This document shows positions 30,147-39,786 of a stretch of DNA of 64,000 nucleotides, in pieces. The stretch is from an uncultured Actinomycetes bacterium (GTDB taxonomy: Bacteria > Actinomycetota > Thermoleophilia > Gaiellales > JAICJC01), in NCBI GenBank assembly GCA_963832955.1, contig CAWHWC010000002.1, forward strand, positions 71,308-135,307, in the 5' to 3' direction. Made by a program: the position numbers and the translations under genes. Position 1 is the first letter of the stretch; each line of letters starts with the position of its first letter. The notes under the pieces are model-generated. The model had not been told where the DNA came from and made no database searches. It worked only from the letters and a program-made list of their open reading frames with translations.

Positions 30147-31708
30147 GCGCGGCGATCGTGCCCCGTTGGGAGTGGCGCACGTTCGGGGACGACTTCGGAG
30201 ACGCCGATGACCGCCTTGGTGCGCTCCCACCAGAACGCGACGAGGAGAGCGACGAGGTGTACCTGCTGTCGCTCGCAAGCGACGCGTCGGTCAAGATCCG
30301 CGACGGGCTGATGGACGTGAAGCAGCTCGAGCACGTGAACGACGACGGGCTCGAGCAGTGGAGGCCGATCATGAAGGCCGCCTTCCCGCTGAGCACCGCC
30401 GACGTCCGCGCCGTGATGGCGGCGCTCGGCGTCGACGCCGCCCCCCTGGCCCGCGCGGAATACCGCCTCGACGAGCTCATCGACGAGCTGGTGGTACCAA
30501 AGGCGGAGTTGGCGGCTGTGAACGTGCACAAGCGGCGTGAGCACTACACGGTCGGCGGCTGCATGGCCGAGCGCTCGGAGGTGCGAACCGCGGAGGGTGC
30601 CAGGCGGACGATCGCCGTGGAGTCGGAGGATCCGGCGCTGGTGATCGCAGCCGTGCGCGAGCTCGGCCTGGGCTCGCGCCGGAATGTCAGCTTTCCGCGT
30701 GGGCTCAAGTCGCTCGTCGGATTCGGCGGGAGGCGATACGCGGTCATCGACGTCGGTACGAACTCGGTCAAGTTCCACATCGCGGAGTTGGGCGCGGACG
30801 GAGAGTGGCACCCGATCGTCGACCGGGCCGATGTCACTCGCCTGGGCGAAGGCCTGAACGAGACCGGCCGTCTCGGCGAGAAGCCGATCGAGCGCACCGT
30901 CGCCGCGATCGCCGCGATGGCGGAGGAGGCAGACCGGGAGGGCGTCGAGGCGATCGCGGCGGTCGGCACCGCCGGGCTGCGCATCGCCGCAAATAGCGCC
31001 GACTTCATCGCCGCCGTGCGCGAGCATGCAGGCATCGAGGTCGAGGTCATCCCCGGCGAGGAGGAGGGCCGGCTTGCGTATCTCGCGGCGAAGTCCGGGC
31101 TCGGGCTCGGGGAGGGGTCGCTCGTCGTGTTCGACACGGGCGGCGGCAGCTCGCAGTTCACGTTCGGCCACGGGGACCACGTGGACGAGCGGTTTAGCGT
31201 GAACGTCGGGGCCGCGCGGTTCACGGAGCGCTACGGCCTCGACACGGCCGTGCCGGACGACCGGCTGGCAGCGGCGCTCGACGCGATCGCCGCCGACCTC
31301 GAGCGACTTGACGGCCGTCCCGCTCCCGACACGCTGGTCGGTATGGGCGGCGCCATCACGAACATCACAGCCGTGAAGCACGGGCTCGCAACCTACGACC
31401 CCTCGGTCGTTCACGGCAGCGTCCTCGACCGCGGCGAGATCGACCGCCAGATCGAGCTGTATCGCACCCGCACCTCGGAGCAGCGCCGCGAGATCGTCGG
31501 GCTACAGCCCAAGCGCGGGGAGGTCATCCTCGCCGGCGCGTGCATCGTTCGCACCGTGCTCGCGAAGCTCGGCCGCGAATCGCTCATCGTGAGCGACCGA
31601 GGCCTGCGGCACGGCCTGATCGTCGACCGGTTCGGGCGAGCCGCGGTCTACGACGCCCCGGGCGACGGCGACGCGAAGGGCTCGGGCGGGCGCGCGCCGG
31701 TCTCCTGA
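30143..31708 (+). CDS. Ppx/GppA-family phosphatase with about 190-aa N-terminal CYTH-like extension
   Basis: GTG 30143 overlaps the previous stop (GTGA). Ppx/GppA motifs: AVIDVGTNSVKFHIAE, GTAGLR, VIPGEEEGRLAYL, VFDTGGGSSQF, GMGGAITN. Confidence 0.82.
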   Translation: MSAAIVPRWEWRTFGDDFGDADDRLGALPPERDEESDEVYLLSLASDASVKIRDGLMDVKQLEHVNDDGLEQWRPIMKAAFPLSTADVRAVMAALGVDAAPLARAEYRLDELIDELVVPKAELAAVNVHKRREHYTVGGCMAERSEVRTAEGARRTIAVESEDPALVIAAVRELGLGSRRNVSFPRGLKSLVGFGGRRYAVIDVGTNSVKFHIAELGADGEWHPIVDRADVTRLGEGLNETGRLGEKPIERTVAAIAAMAEEADREGVEAIAAVGTAGLRIAANSADFIAAVREHAGIEVEVIPGEEEGRLAYLAAKSGLGLGEGSLVVFDTGGGSSQFTFGHGDHVDERFSVNVGAARFTERYGLDTAVPDDRLAAALDAIAADLERLDGRPAPDTLVGMGGAITNITAVKHGLATYDPSVVHGSVLDRGEIDRQIELYRTRTSEQRREIVGLQPKRGEVILAGACIVRTVLAKLGRESLIVSDRGLRHGLIVDRFGRAAVYDAPGDGDAKGSGGRAPVS

Positions 31709-33409
31709 CAGTACGCGGTGACGGCCGCGTGGAGCGTCGGGAAGAAGTGCGCGGGGTCGATCGTCTTTGTCAGCTCGTAGCGCTCGATCTTGCTCCGCAC
31801 GGGATCCTTCATCTCTGCGAAGACGAGCGAAACCCCCTTCGCATTGATCGCCTCGTCGAGGCTCTGGAGCATGTCGGCGGCCGTCGTGTCGACATCCGTG
31901 ATGGGCTCTGCTGCGACGACAACCCAGGCCGGCGCCGGATCGGCCGACGCCAGCCTCGAGACCTGGTCCCGGAACGTCCGTGCGTTCGCGAAGAAGAGCG
32001 GGGCGTCGAACCGGAAGATGACGAGCCCGGGCAGCGAGCTCGGCGTCGGGGTAGCTGCGCACGTCGTGGTATCCGGGCAGTCCGGGGACACGCCCGAGGA
32101 CCGTCTGATAGGGCCACCACGAGCGCCGGAAGACGTTGGCGACCGAGAGCCCGACCGCGATGACGATGCCCGGAAGGACTCCGAGGAGGGCAACGCCGAG
32201 AAATGCCGCGATGCTGAGACCGAACTCCGTCCGGCGCTGCCGCCAGAGCCTGACGACCCCGGGGATGTCGGCGAGCGAGAGCGATGCGACGATCACCACT
32301 GCGGCGAGGGTTGGTTGAGGGAGGTCGCGCAGGAGCCCCGGGACCAACAGGAGCATCAGCGCGATCGCCAGCGCGCCGACGACCCCCGTGACCTGCGTCT
32401 TGGCGCCCACCTGGGCGGCGACGGCCGTTCGCGAGCCGCTCGTGCTGACGGGGAATCCCTGGAACAGCCCTGCGGCGATGTTGGCGGCGCCCACCCCCAG
32501 CATCTCCTGGTTGCCGTCGATCTCCTCTCCGCTGCGGCCGGCGAACGCGGACGCCGTCGCGATCGTGTCGGCGAGGGAGACGAGCGCGATGCCGAACGCT
32601 GCTCCGAGCAGAAGCGGGATGTCCGAGCCGTCGACGTGCGGCACCGTGAGCGGCGGAAAGCCCTGAGGCAGCACGCCCACGAGCTTGACGCCGTGCTCCT
32701 CGAGCTGGAACGCCGACGCCGCGAGGATCGACACCACCACCGCCGCAAGAACGCTCGGAACCTTGGGCCACAGCCGCTGCAGCGCGACCATCACGCCGAT
32801 GCCTGTCGCGCCGACGGCGAGCGCGGCCGTCACGGTGTCGCCGTTCGCAACGCCGTTAGCGAACGCTCTCGCCTCCGCCACGAGGCCCGAGGCGTCGGTC
32901 GAGAAGCCGAACAGCTTCGGCAGCTGGCCGACGAGGATCGTGATCGCAAGCCCGTTCATGTAGCCGATCATGGTCGGCTTCGAGAGCAGGTCGGCGACGA
33001 ACCCGAGCTTCGCGAGCGCGCCGAGCGAGGTGATCGCTCCCACCAGCAGCCCCAGCATCGACGCCAGCGCGATCGCGCGCTCCGGATCCCCGTTCGCACC
33101 GACGATGGGCACGATCACGGCGGCGATCATGGGACCGAGCGACGAATCGGGACCCAGCACGAGGATCCGCGACGGCCCGAACGCTGCGTAGCCAAGCAGG
33201 CACAGGATGGACGTATAGAGGCCGGTGATCGCCGGCAACCCGGCAAGCTCGGCATACGCCATCCCCTGCGGGACGAGCAGCGTCGTCAGGACGAGGCCGG
33301 CGACGACGTCGTGCGGAAGCCACCCGATCCGGTAGGAACGGATCATCCGCAACCCCGGCACGATCGCGGACCTCCGGGCGGATCCGGCGGCCTCGTCCAG
33401 CACGCTCAT
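31648..33409 (-). CDS. SulP-family anion permease with C-terminal STAS domain, apparent frameshift
   Basis: Start ATG 33409 (MSVLDEAAG..). SulP motifs: DVVAGLVLTTLLVPQGMAYAELAGLP and GNQEMLGVGAANIAAGLFQGFPVSTSGSRTA. The STAS part (LVIFRFDAPLFFANA..) is in ORF 31648..32193. The junction is near 32040. Confidence 0.85.
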
Positions 33410-33626
33410 GGGACAGTTTCGTGCCGGATGCGGCCCGGTCGCCTCACCCCGACCGGGTGATCGCAGGTTGTCGGTCGGACAGATGCAATTCATTCGGTTG
33501 GGGTGAGGCCGGGCCGGCCGGCATGCTCGACACTCGCCGGAGAGCCATCCTTGGTCGTCGTGCGCACGGACAGCGGCGTGGCGCCCTGAACACGGAGGAG
33601 GATGCATTCGTGGAGCTCTGGATCCG

Positions 33627-34658
33627 ATGACCACGAAGCAGGAGAAGCGGATCGCCGAGTACGCGCGGCTCTTCCGCGTCAAGCCCGGATCGAAGGTGAC
33701 GCTCGCGGACGACTTCGACCCGGCGTTCAAGGCCGAGTTCCTGAAGAAGAAGGACGGCGCCCCGACGTTGCGGCGGGGCGTGGCGATGCTGGCGGACTAT
33801 CAGGCGCGGCTCGCCGCTCAGGACACGTACGGCGTGCTGGTGTGTCTGCAGTCGCTCGACGCGGGCGGGAAGGACGGGACGATCCGGCACGTCATGAGCG
33901 GCGTCAACCCGCAGGGTGTCGCAGTTCACGGCTTCAAGGTACCGTCGGCCGAGGAGCTCGACCATGACTTCCTCTGGCGCTATGCGCAGCGACTTCCGGC
34001 CCGGGGTGAGATCGGGATCTTCAACCGGTCGCACTACGAGGAGGTGCTCGTTGTACGCGTGCACCCTGAGAACCTCGAGCGGCAGAAGCTCCCGGCGGAG
34101 TCGACGGGCGCAGGCGTCTGGAAGCGTCGTTATCGGGAGATCAACGACTGGGAGCGCTATCTCACCGACAACGGCTTCCGTCTCGTGAAGCTGTTCCTGA
34201 ACCTCTCCAAGGAGGAGCAGCGCACCCGGTTTCTCAAGCGGCTCGACGTGCCGGAGAAGAACTGGAAGTTCTCCTCCCACGACGTGCGCGAGCGGGAGCG
34301 CTGGGACGACTACCAGGCCGCGTTCTCGGAGATGCTGTCCCACACCAGCACCAGATGGGCTCCGTGGTACGTCATTCCGGCCGACCACAAGTGGTTCGCC
34401 CGGCTCGCCGTCGCCGTCGTCGTCACCCACACGCTGATGGAGATCAACCCGCAGTACCCCGTCGTGAGTGATGAGGCGCGCCGTGACCTGATGAACGTCA
34501 AAGAGGAGCTCGAGGCTGAGGCGCCCAAGGGGGCGGCGGCGGATCCGTTCGAGGCTCGGCTCGCGAAGGAGCGGCGCAAGGCGAAGCGCAAGAAGGGGGA
34601 ACCGCAGACAGGGGCCGCCGTTGCCGGCCCGGACGACGGCGGGAGCGAGGAGGCGTGA
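33627..34658 (+). CDS. ppk2: Polyphosphate kinase 2 (PPK2) family protein
   Basis: Walker-A-like LQSLDAGGKDGTIRHV, then FLWRYAQRLPARGEIGIFNRSHYEEVLVVRVH and WAPWYVIPADHKW. Confidence 0.9.
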   Translation: MTTKQEKRIAEYARLFRVKPGSKVTLADDFDPAFKAEFLKKKDGAPTLRRGVAMLADYQARLAAQDTYGVLVCLQSLDAGGKDGTIRHVMSGVNPQGVAVHGFKVPSAEELDHDFLWRYAQRLPARGEIGIFNRSHYEEVLVVRVHPENLERQKLPAESTGAGVWKRRYREINDWERYLTDNGFRLVKLFLNLSKEEQRTRFLKRLDVPEKNWKFSSHDVRERERWDDYQAAFSEMLSHTSTRWAPWYVIPADHKWFARLAVAVVVTHTLMEINPQYPVVSDEARRDLMNVKEELEAEAPKGAAADPFEARLAKERRKAKRKKGEPQTGAAVAGPDDGGSEEA

Positions 34659-37402
34659 TGCAGGCCACGGCGAGCAACGCTGCACCACCGTCCGACGAGG
34701 TCGAGCGGTGGTATGCCCTCGACTCCGACGCGGTCATCGAGAGGCTCGGAGCCGATCCACGGGAGGGACTTTCCGCGGAGGAGGCGCAGGCGCGGCTCAC
34801 GCGCGACGGGCCGAACGCGCTCCCGACCGAGGAGCCGACGCCCGGCTGGCGCCGCTTCTTGGACGAGTACCGCAGCTACATGCAGATCATCCTCGTCGGC
34901 GCGGCGGTGGTTTCGCTCGCGATCAAGGAGTGGAACACCGTGGTCGTTCTGGTCGCGATCACGCTCCTGAACGCCGTGGTCGGCCTCCGCCAGCAGGGCA
35001 AGGCAGAGAGCGCGATGAACGCGCTCAAGTCGATGATGAAGGAGACCGCACGCGTGCGCCGCGGCGGCGCCGAGGCGGAGATCCCGGCCGAGGAGCTCGT
35101 CGTGGGCGACATCGTCTTGCTCACCGCGGGCGACCAGGTGCCCGCCGACGGCCGCCTGATCGCGGCCAGCTCGCTGCAGATCGACGAGTCCGCCCTGACG
35201 GGGGAGAGCACGCCCGCCGGCAAGGTGGCCGAGACGCTCCCGGACGAGGAGCGGGGCCCCAGTGACCAGATCAACATGGCGTTCATGCACACGCCGGTGA
35301 CGCACGGCAGCGGCGTGATGATCGTGACCGGGACGGGCAGCGGCACGCAGGTCGGCCAGATCGCCCACATGCTTGAAACCACCGCGAACGAGGAGACGCC
35401 GCTCACCAAGCAGATGAATACGCTCACGCTGTGGATCGCCGGCGCGGCGGGCGCGACGATGGTCGTGATGTTCGCGCTCGGCCTGCACCGCGGCGACCCG
35501 TGGAGAGCGTTGTTCATCAGCGCCGTGGCGCTGGCGATATCGGCCATCCCCGAAGCGCTGCCCACCGTCGTCCAGGTCGTCCTCTCCCTCGGCAGCGTGG
35601 AGCTCGCCGGGCGAAACGCGATCGTGAAGGAGCTGCCCTCGGTCGAGACGCTCGGGTTCACATCCGCGATCAACTCCGACAAGACGGGCACGCTGACCCT
35701 GAACCAGATGACTGCCGTCGAGGTGGCCGACGTGACCGACCGCTACACGATCTCGGGCACCGGCTATAGCCTCGAGGGCAGGGTGCATCATGCCGCGGGG
35801 AGGTCGGACTCGATCGAGCACGCGATCCTTCCCTACGTGGTCGCGAGCGACGCCCGGCTGGAGGGCGGAAAGGTCGTCGGCGACCCGACCGAGGGCGCGC
35901 TGCTCGTCCTGGCGCACAAGGCGGGGCTCGACATCGAGGCGACGCGCGAGCAGCTGCCGCGGCTGGCGACGCTGCCGTTCGACCCGACCTACAAGCTGAT
36001 GGCAACCTTCAACCGCGCGACGGACGGCGACGGCCGCGACGTCGTTCGCGTCTACGTCAAGGGGGCCGCGCCCGCCGTCCTGGAGCGAGTCGGCCACGCG
36101 CGGTCGGGCGCCGCGAGCGTCCCGTGGGACGACGACCTGAAGCAGCAGGCCGATAACCACGTGACTCGGATGGAGGGCCTCGGCCTGCGGGTGATGGCCG
36201 CCGCCTACTGCGACCTCGACCCGGCCGACTTCGACGCCGACGGCGACCTGCTCGCCGATGTCACCGATCTCGAGATGACAAGCCTCGTGGGCATGCTTGA
36301 CCCACCGCGTGACGAGTCGAAGGCGGCGGTCGCCGACGCGCAGGCAGCCCACATCCGGGTGCGGATGGTGACCGGAGACGACGTCATCACAGGCGCGGCG
36401 ATCGCCGAACAGCTCGGGATCCCCGGAGAGGCGATCCTGGGAGCCGAGTTCGCGGCGTGGTCAGAGCCGGAGCGGATGGAGCGGATCGATGCGATCGGCG
36501 TCGTCGGCCGGGTCGCGCCGGAGCACAAGGTGCTCCTGGCGGAGACGCTCAAGGCGAAGGGAGACGTGGTCGCCATGACCGGCGACGGCGTCAACGATGC
36601 GCCCGCGATCAAGGCGGCGGACATCGGAATCGCGATGGGCACCGGAACCGAGGTGGCGAAGAACGCCAGCCGCATGATCCTCTCCGATGACAACTTCGCA
36701 ACGATCGTCTACGCCGTCGAGCAGGGCCGGAAGCTCTACGACAACCTGAACAAGTACATCCGGTTCGTGCTCGTGATGCTCGTGGCGTTCATCCTGACCT
36801 TCCTCGGCGCAAGCCTGTTCAACATCGCCTCCGGCGAACCGTTCACGGCGCCCCAGGTGCTCTGGATCCACTTCCTGATCAGCGCGCCGTTCGGCGTCGC
36901 TCTCGGTTTCGACGAGGAGACGCCGGGGCTCATGCGGATGCAACCGCGCGAGCGCGGGGAGTCGATCCTCACCCGACCCATGATGCTCACTGCCGGGCTG
37001 GTCGGCCTCTTCCTCGCAACGGCCGCGCTTGCGATGATCAAGATCGGCGTCAACCACTACGGAAGCGTCCGGATCGGCACCTCGGTCGCCTTCACGGCCT
37101 TCGCGCTCATGCTGGTCGTGGCCGGCTACGAGTGCCGCAGCGAGGCCGGGACAGTGTTCGCAAGCGACACGTTCAACAGCCGCCGGATGAACGTCATCGC
37201 CGCGGTCGAGGCGATCGGCGCGGTGCTCGCGACGGGTTGGGACTTCCTGAACAGACTGCTCGGGACCGTCCCGCTCACCACGCAGCAGTTCGGGTTGGCA
37301 CTGCTCTGCGCGATCTCACTCCTCGTCACGTGGGAGATCGCCAAGTGGATCGCGCGGCGCCGGAGGGGCACCGCACCGGTCGCGGGGACCGCCGCGAGAT
37401 GA
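34655..37402 (+). CDS. Cation-transporting P-type ATPase (P2, Ca2+/Mg2+-like)
   Basis: The start overlaps the ppk2 stop. Motifs: TGES, DKTGTLT, MVTGD, TGDGVNDAPAIKAADIGIAMG. Intact 915-aa ORF. Confidence 0.92.
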   Translation: MMQATASNAAPPSDEVERWYALDSDAVIERLGADPREGLSAEEAQARLTRDGPNALPTEEPTPGWRRFLDEYRSYMQIILVGAAVVSLAIKEWNTVVVLVAITLLNAVVGLRQQGKAESAMNALKSMMKETARVRRGGAEAEIPAEELVVGDIVLLTAGDQVPADGRLIAASSLQIDESALTGESTPAGKVAETLPDEERGPSDQINMAFMHTPVTHGSGVMIVTGTGSGTQVGQIAHMLETTANEETPLTKQMNTLTLWIAGAAGATMVVMFALGLHRGDPWRALFISAVALAISAIPEALPTVVQVVLSLGSVELAGRNAIVKELPSVETLGFTSAINSDKTGTLTLNQMTAVEVADVTDRYTISGTGYSLEGRVHHAAGRSDSIEHAILPYVVASDARLEGGKVVGDPTEGALLVLAHKAGLDIEATREQLPRLATLPFDPTYKLMATFNRATDGDGRDVVRVYVKGAAPAVLERVGHARSGAASVPWDDDLKQQADNHVTRMEGLGLRVMAAAYCDLDPADFDADGDLLADVTDLEMTSLVGMLDPPRDESKAAVADAQAAHIRVRMVTGDDVITGAAIAEQLGIPGEAILGAEFAAWSEPERMERIDAIGVVGRVAPEHKVLLAETLKAKGDVVAMTGDGVNDAPAIKAADIGIAMGTGTEVAKNASRMILSDDNFATIVYAVEQGRKLYDNLNKYIRFVLVMLVAFILTFLGASLFNIASGEPFTAPQVLWIHFLISAPFGVALGFDEETPGLMRMQPRERGESILTRPMMLTAGLVGLFLATAALAMIKIGVNHYGSVRIGTSVAFTAFALMLVVAGYECRSEAGTVFASDTFNSRRMNVIAAVEAIGAVLATGWDFLNRLLGTVPLTTQQFGLALLCAISLLVTWEIAKWIARRRRGTAPVAGTAAR

Positions 37403-38127
37403 GCATTCGAGACGTGCCACGTTCTGCCGCGACGGTTGTTGTCGCCGTGCTCGCCTGCGCGGTCGTGCTGGGCGGCTGTGGCGGCGGCGGAGGGAGCCCG
37501 TCGCTCCCGAGCTCCCTGCCCGGTTCGTTGCCGAGCCTGCCATCGACCTCGCGACCCACGTCATCCCAGCCGGCGACGACCGAGACGACCACCGAGACGA
37601 CCACTTCCACCACTGAGACGACAGCCACAGAGACGACGCCGCCTCCCGCGTCGAGCTCCGAGAGCGACACGCCTTGGGGCTGGATCGCTGCCGGCGCGGT
37701 CCTGCTCGTGATCCTGCTCCTGATCGTCGGCTGGGCCGTCGGGCGGCGCGGCGCCTCCCGCAAGACGTGGAACGCCCAGGCGCTCCAAGCGATAGGCGAG
37801 GGGACGGCGCTCCATGACACCGCGCTGGCTGAGCTGATCGCCGCCACCTCGGCCAACCGCCCCGAGCGGTGGTCGTCGATCGCAAGCATGGCCGACGGGC
37901 TGTGGACGTCGCTCCAACGGCTCCAGACAGCTCCCGCCGACCGGGCCGCAGAGACGTTGCAAGCCTCGATCGACGCCGCCGGGGCTGTCCGGTCGGCGAT
38001 CGCGATCGCGCGCGGCGCACCGCCCGGCGTGCCTCTGGACGAGGAGGCGGCTCGGACGCTGCGGCAGCGTCTCGAGCAGTTGGCGGCCGCGCTTGGCAAC
38101 CTCAGAGCGGCCGCTGGGAGCGGATAG
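37399..38127 (+). CDS. Lipoprotein / single-pass membrane protein with Thr/Glu-rich linker
   Basis: The ATG overlaps the ATPase stop (ATGA). Lipobox VLGGC, TETTTETTT linker, one TM segment, then a helical C-terminal domain. Confidence 0.6.
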   Translation: MSIRDVPRSAATVVVAVLACAVVLGGCGGGGGSPSLPSSLPGSLPSLPSTSRPTSSQPATTETTTETTTSTTETTATETTPPPASSSESDTPWGWIAAGAVLLVILLLIVGWAVGRRGASRKTWNAQALQAIGEGTALHDTALAELIAATSANRPERWSSIASMADGLWTSLQRLQTAPADRAAETLQASIDAAGAVRSAIAIARGAPPGVPLDEEAARTLRQRLEQLAAALGNLRAAAGSG

Positions 38128-38134
38128 CGGCTGG

Positions 38135-38830
38135 ATGTGGCGCCCCGAGCAAGGTCGCCCGGCGACGAACGACGGGCAGAGGGGCATCGAGCCGCGCTGG
38201 CCGGTGGCGCTCGTGATCGCGGGTTTCATCGCCATCACCTTGACGCTTCGCATTCTCGAGCCAGAGCGCGAATCGCTGGGGCCGCCCTGGCTCGTCCCCG
38301 GACTCGAGATTGCAATGCTCGGCGCCCTCCTCGCAGCTGACCCGGCCCACGTGAAGGAGCGCCGCCGCTGGCTGCGCCGGCTGTCGCTCACATTGGTCAT
38401 GGGGCTCGCCGCCGCCGGCATGGCGTCCACAGCGGTACTGGTCAACGACCTGGTCACGGGCTCGAAGGTCACGGAATCCGCGAGCTCGCTGCTTGCGTCC
38501 GGCGCCGTCATCTGGCTGGGGAACAGCGTGATCTTCAGCCTGATCTACTGGCTCCTGGACTCCGGCGGGCCGGCCGCGCGCTACTTCGAGCCGCGGCCGT
38601 ATCCCGACTTCGCGTTCACCCAGCAGCTCAGCCCCGAGTACGCGCCACCCGGATGGCGCCCGATGTACGTCGACTACCTCGTGCTCGGGCTGTCCACGAG
38701 CATGGCGTTCAGCCCAACGGACGTGATGCCCATGGTTCCCTGGGCGAAGCTGACCATGACATTGCAGTCGCTGATCTCGCTGACGGTGATCGCGCTCGTC
38801 ATCGCCAGAGCCGTCAACGCCTTCGCCTAG
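38135..38830 (+). CDS. DUF1345-family membrane protein (copy 1)
   Basis: ..IYWLLDSGGPAARYF..PDFAFTQQ..YVDYLVLGLSTSMAFSPTDVMP..ARAVNAFA, the conserved DUF1345 pattern. Paralog at 44162. Confidence 0.72.
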   Translation: MWRPEQGRPATNDGQRGIEPRWPVALVIAGFIAITLTLRILEPERESLGPPWLVPGLEIAMLGALLAADPAHVKERRRWLRRLSLTLVMGLAAAGMASTAVLVNDLVTGSKVTESASSLLASGAVIWLGNSVIFSLIYWLLDSGGPAARYFEPRPYPDFAFTQQLSPEYAPPGWRPMYVDYLVLGLSTSMAFSPTDVMPMVPWAKLTMTLQSLISLTVIALVIARAVNAFA

Positions 38831-38837
38831 GCCGCCC

Positions 38838-39467
38838 GTGGACGACGCCAGGCATCAGCGGCTCGAGCTCTTCGCCACAGTCCTGCTCGCCGTGGCAGCC
38901 GTGGCGACGGCGTGGAGCACATACCAGTCTGCGCAGTGGCGAGGCGAGCAAGCGCTCGACGCCAGCAAGGCGACAGCGGCCCGCATCCAGTCGTCGGAGG
39001 CATCGACGCGAGCGGGACAGCTCACGCAGATCGACATCGCCACCTTCATCCAGTGGATCAACGCTAGCGCGGCCGACCGAAGACCACTCGCGCGGTTCTA
39101 CCGTGAGCGGTTCCGCGACGAGTTCCGGCCCGCGTTCGCGGCGTGGATCGCGACACGTCCTTTCACGAACCGGGCCGCCCCTCCGAGCCCCTTCGCGATG
39201 CCGCAGTACCGCGTCGCCGAGGCCGTTCAGAGCGCGAACCTGAACACGGCCGCCGGCCGGTACGCCGACGACGCCGGCGAGGCGAACGAGCGCGCGGACG
39301 ACTACATGCTCGCCGTCGTGCTCTTTGCAAGCTCCCTCTTCTTCGCCGGGATCTCGACCAAGCTCCGGACCGGCCGCCAGCGGGAGGCGATCCTGGCGCT
39401 CGGCTACCTGATCTTCATAGGCACCGTCGTCTGGATCGCGACGCTGCCGCTCGCGATCTCCATCTAG
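38838..39467 (+). CDS. Hypothetical membrane protein (N- and C-terminal TM segments, helical middle)
   Basis: GTG start 8 nt after the previous stop. TM segments at both ends. No family recognised. Confidence 0.55.
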   Translation: MDDARHQRLELFATVLLAVAAVATAWSTYQSAQWRGEQALDASKATAARIQSSEASTRAGQLTQIDIATFIQWINASAADRRPLARFYRERFRDEFRPAFAAWIATRPFTNRAAPPSPFAMPQYRVAEAVQSANLNTAAGRYADDAGEANERADDYMLAVVLFASSLFFAGISTKLRTGRQREAILALGYLIFIGTVVWIATLPLAISI

Positions 39468-39480
39468 CCCGCGCGGCCGC

Positions 39481-39747
39481 CTATCCGGGCGGGCGCGGGA
39501 GCTGGGCGAGCTGGGTCAACGAGAACACCACGAGCACGGCGCCCAGCCCGACCAGCCCGTATCGCGCGGCGAGCACCGGAAAGTGTCCGCTGATCCCAAC
39601 GAGGAAGAGCACCGTCGCCAGGTAGACGGTGATCCGCACGTACTTGTCCGAGGTCGCGCCGGCCTCTGCGCCGGCGGCGAAGAACGCGTCGGCCTTGGCG
39701 TCGTGGGCATGTGCCGCGATCAGCTGGGGCTGGCGGTACACGGACAT
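39481..39747 (-). CDS. Small membrane protein resembling the C-terminal half of the 38838..39467 product
   Basis: SDKYVRITVYLATVLFLVGISGHF..LGAVLVVFSL aligns by eye with ADDYMLAVVLFASSLFFAGISTKL..LGYLIFIGTV in the neighbouring gene. Confidence 0.5.
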   Translation of the reverse strand: MSVYRQPQLIAAHAHDAKADAFFAAGAEAGATSDKYVRITVYLATVLFLVGISGHFPVLAARYGLVGLGAVLVVFSLTQLAQLPRPPG

Positions 39748-39786
39748 GTACGGCCTCAGGTCAACACCACCCCGCGCCCTGCCGCC

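Noticed and set aside
37561-37640. Tandem nucleotide repeat (gagacgacc units)
   Set aside because: It encodes the in-frame Thr/Glu-rich linker (TETTTETTTSTTETTATETT) of the lipoprotein. This is coding low complexity, not a non-coding repeat.
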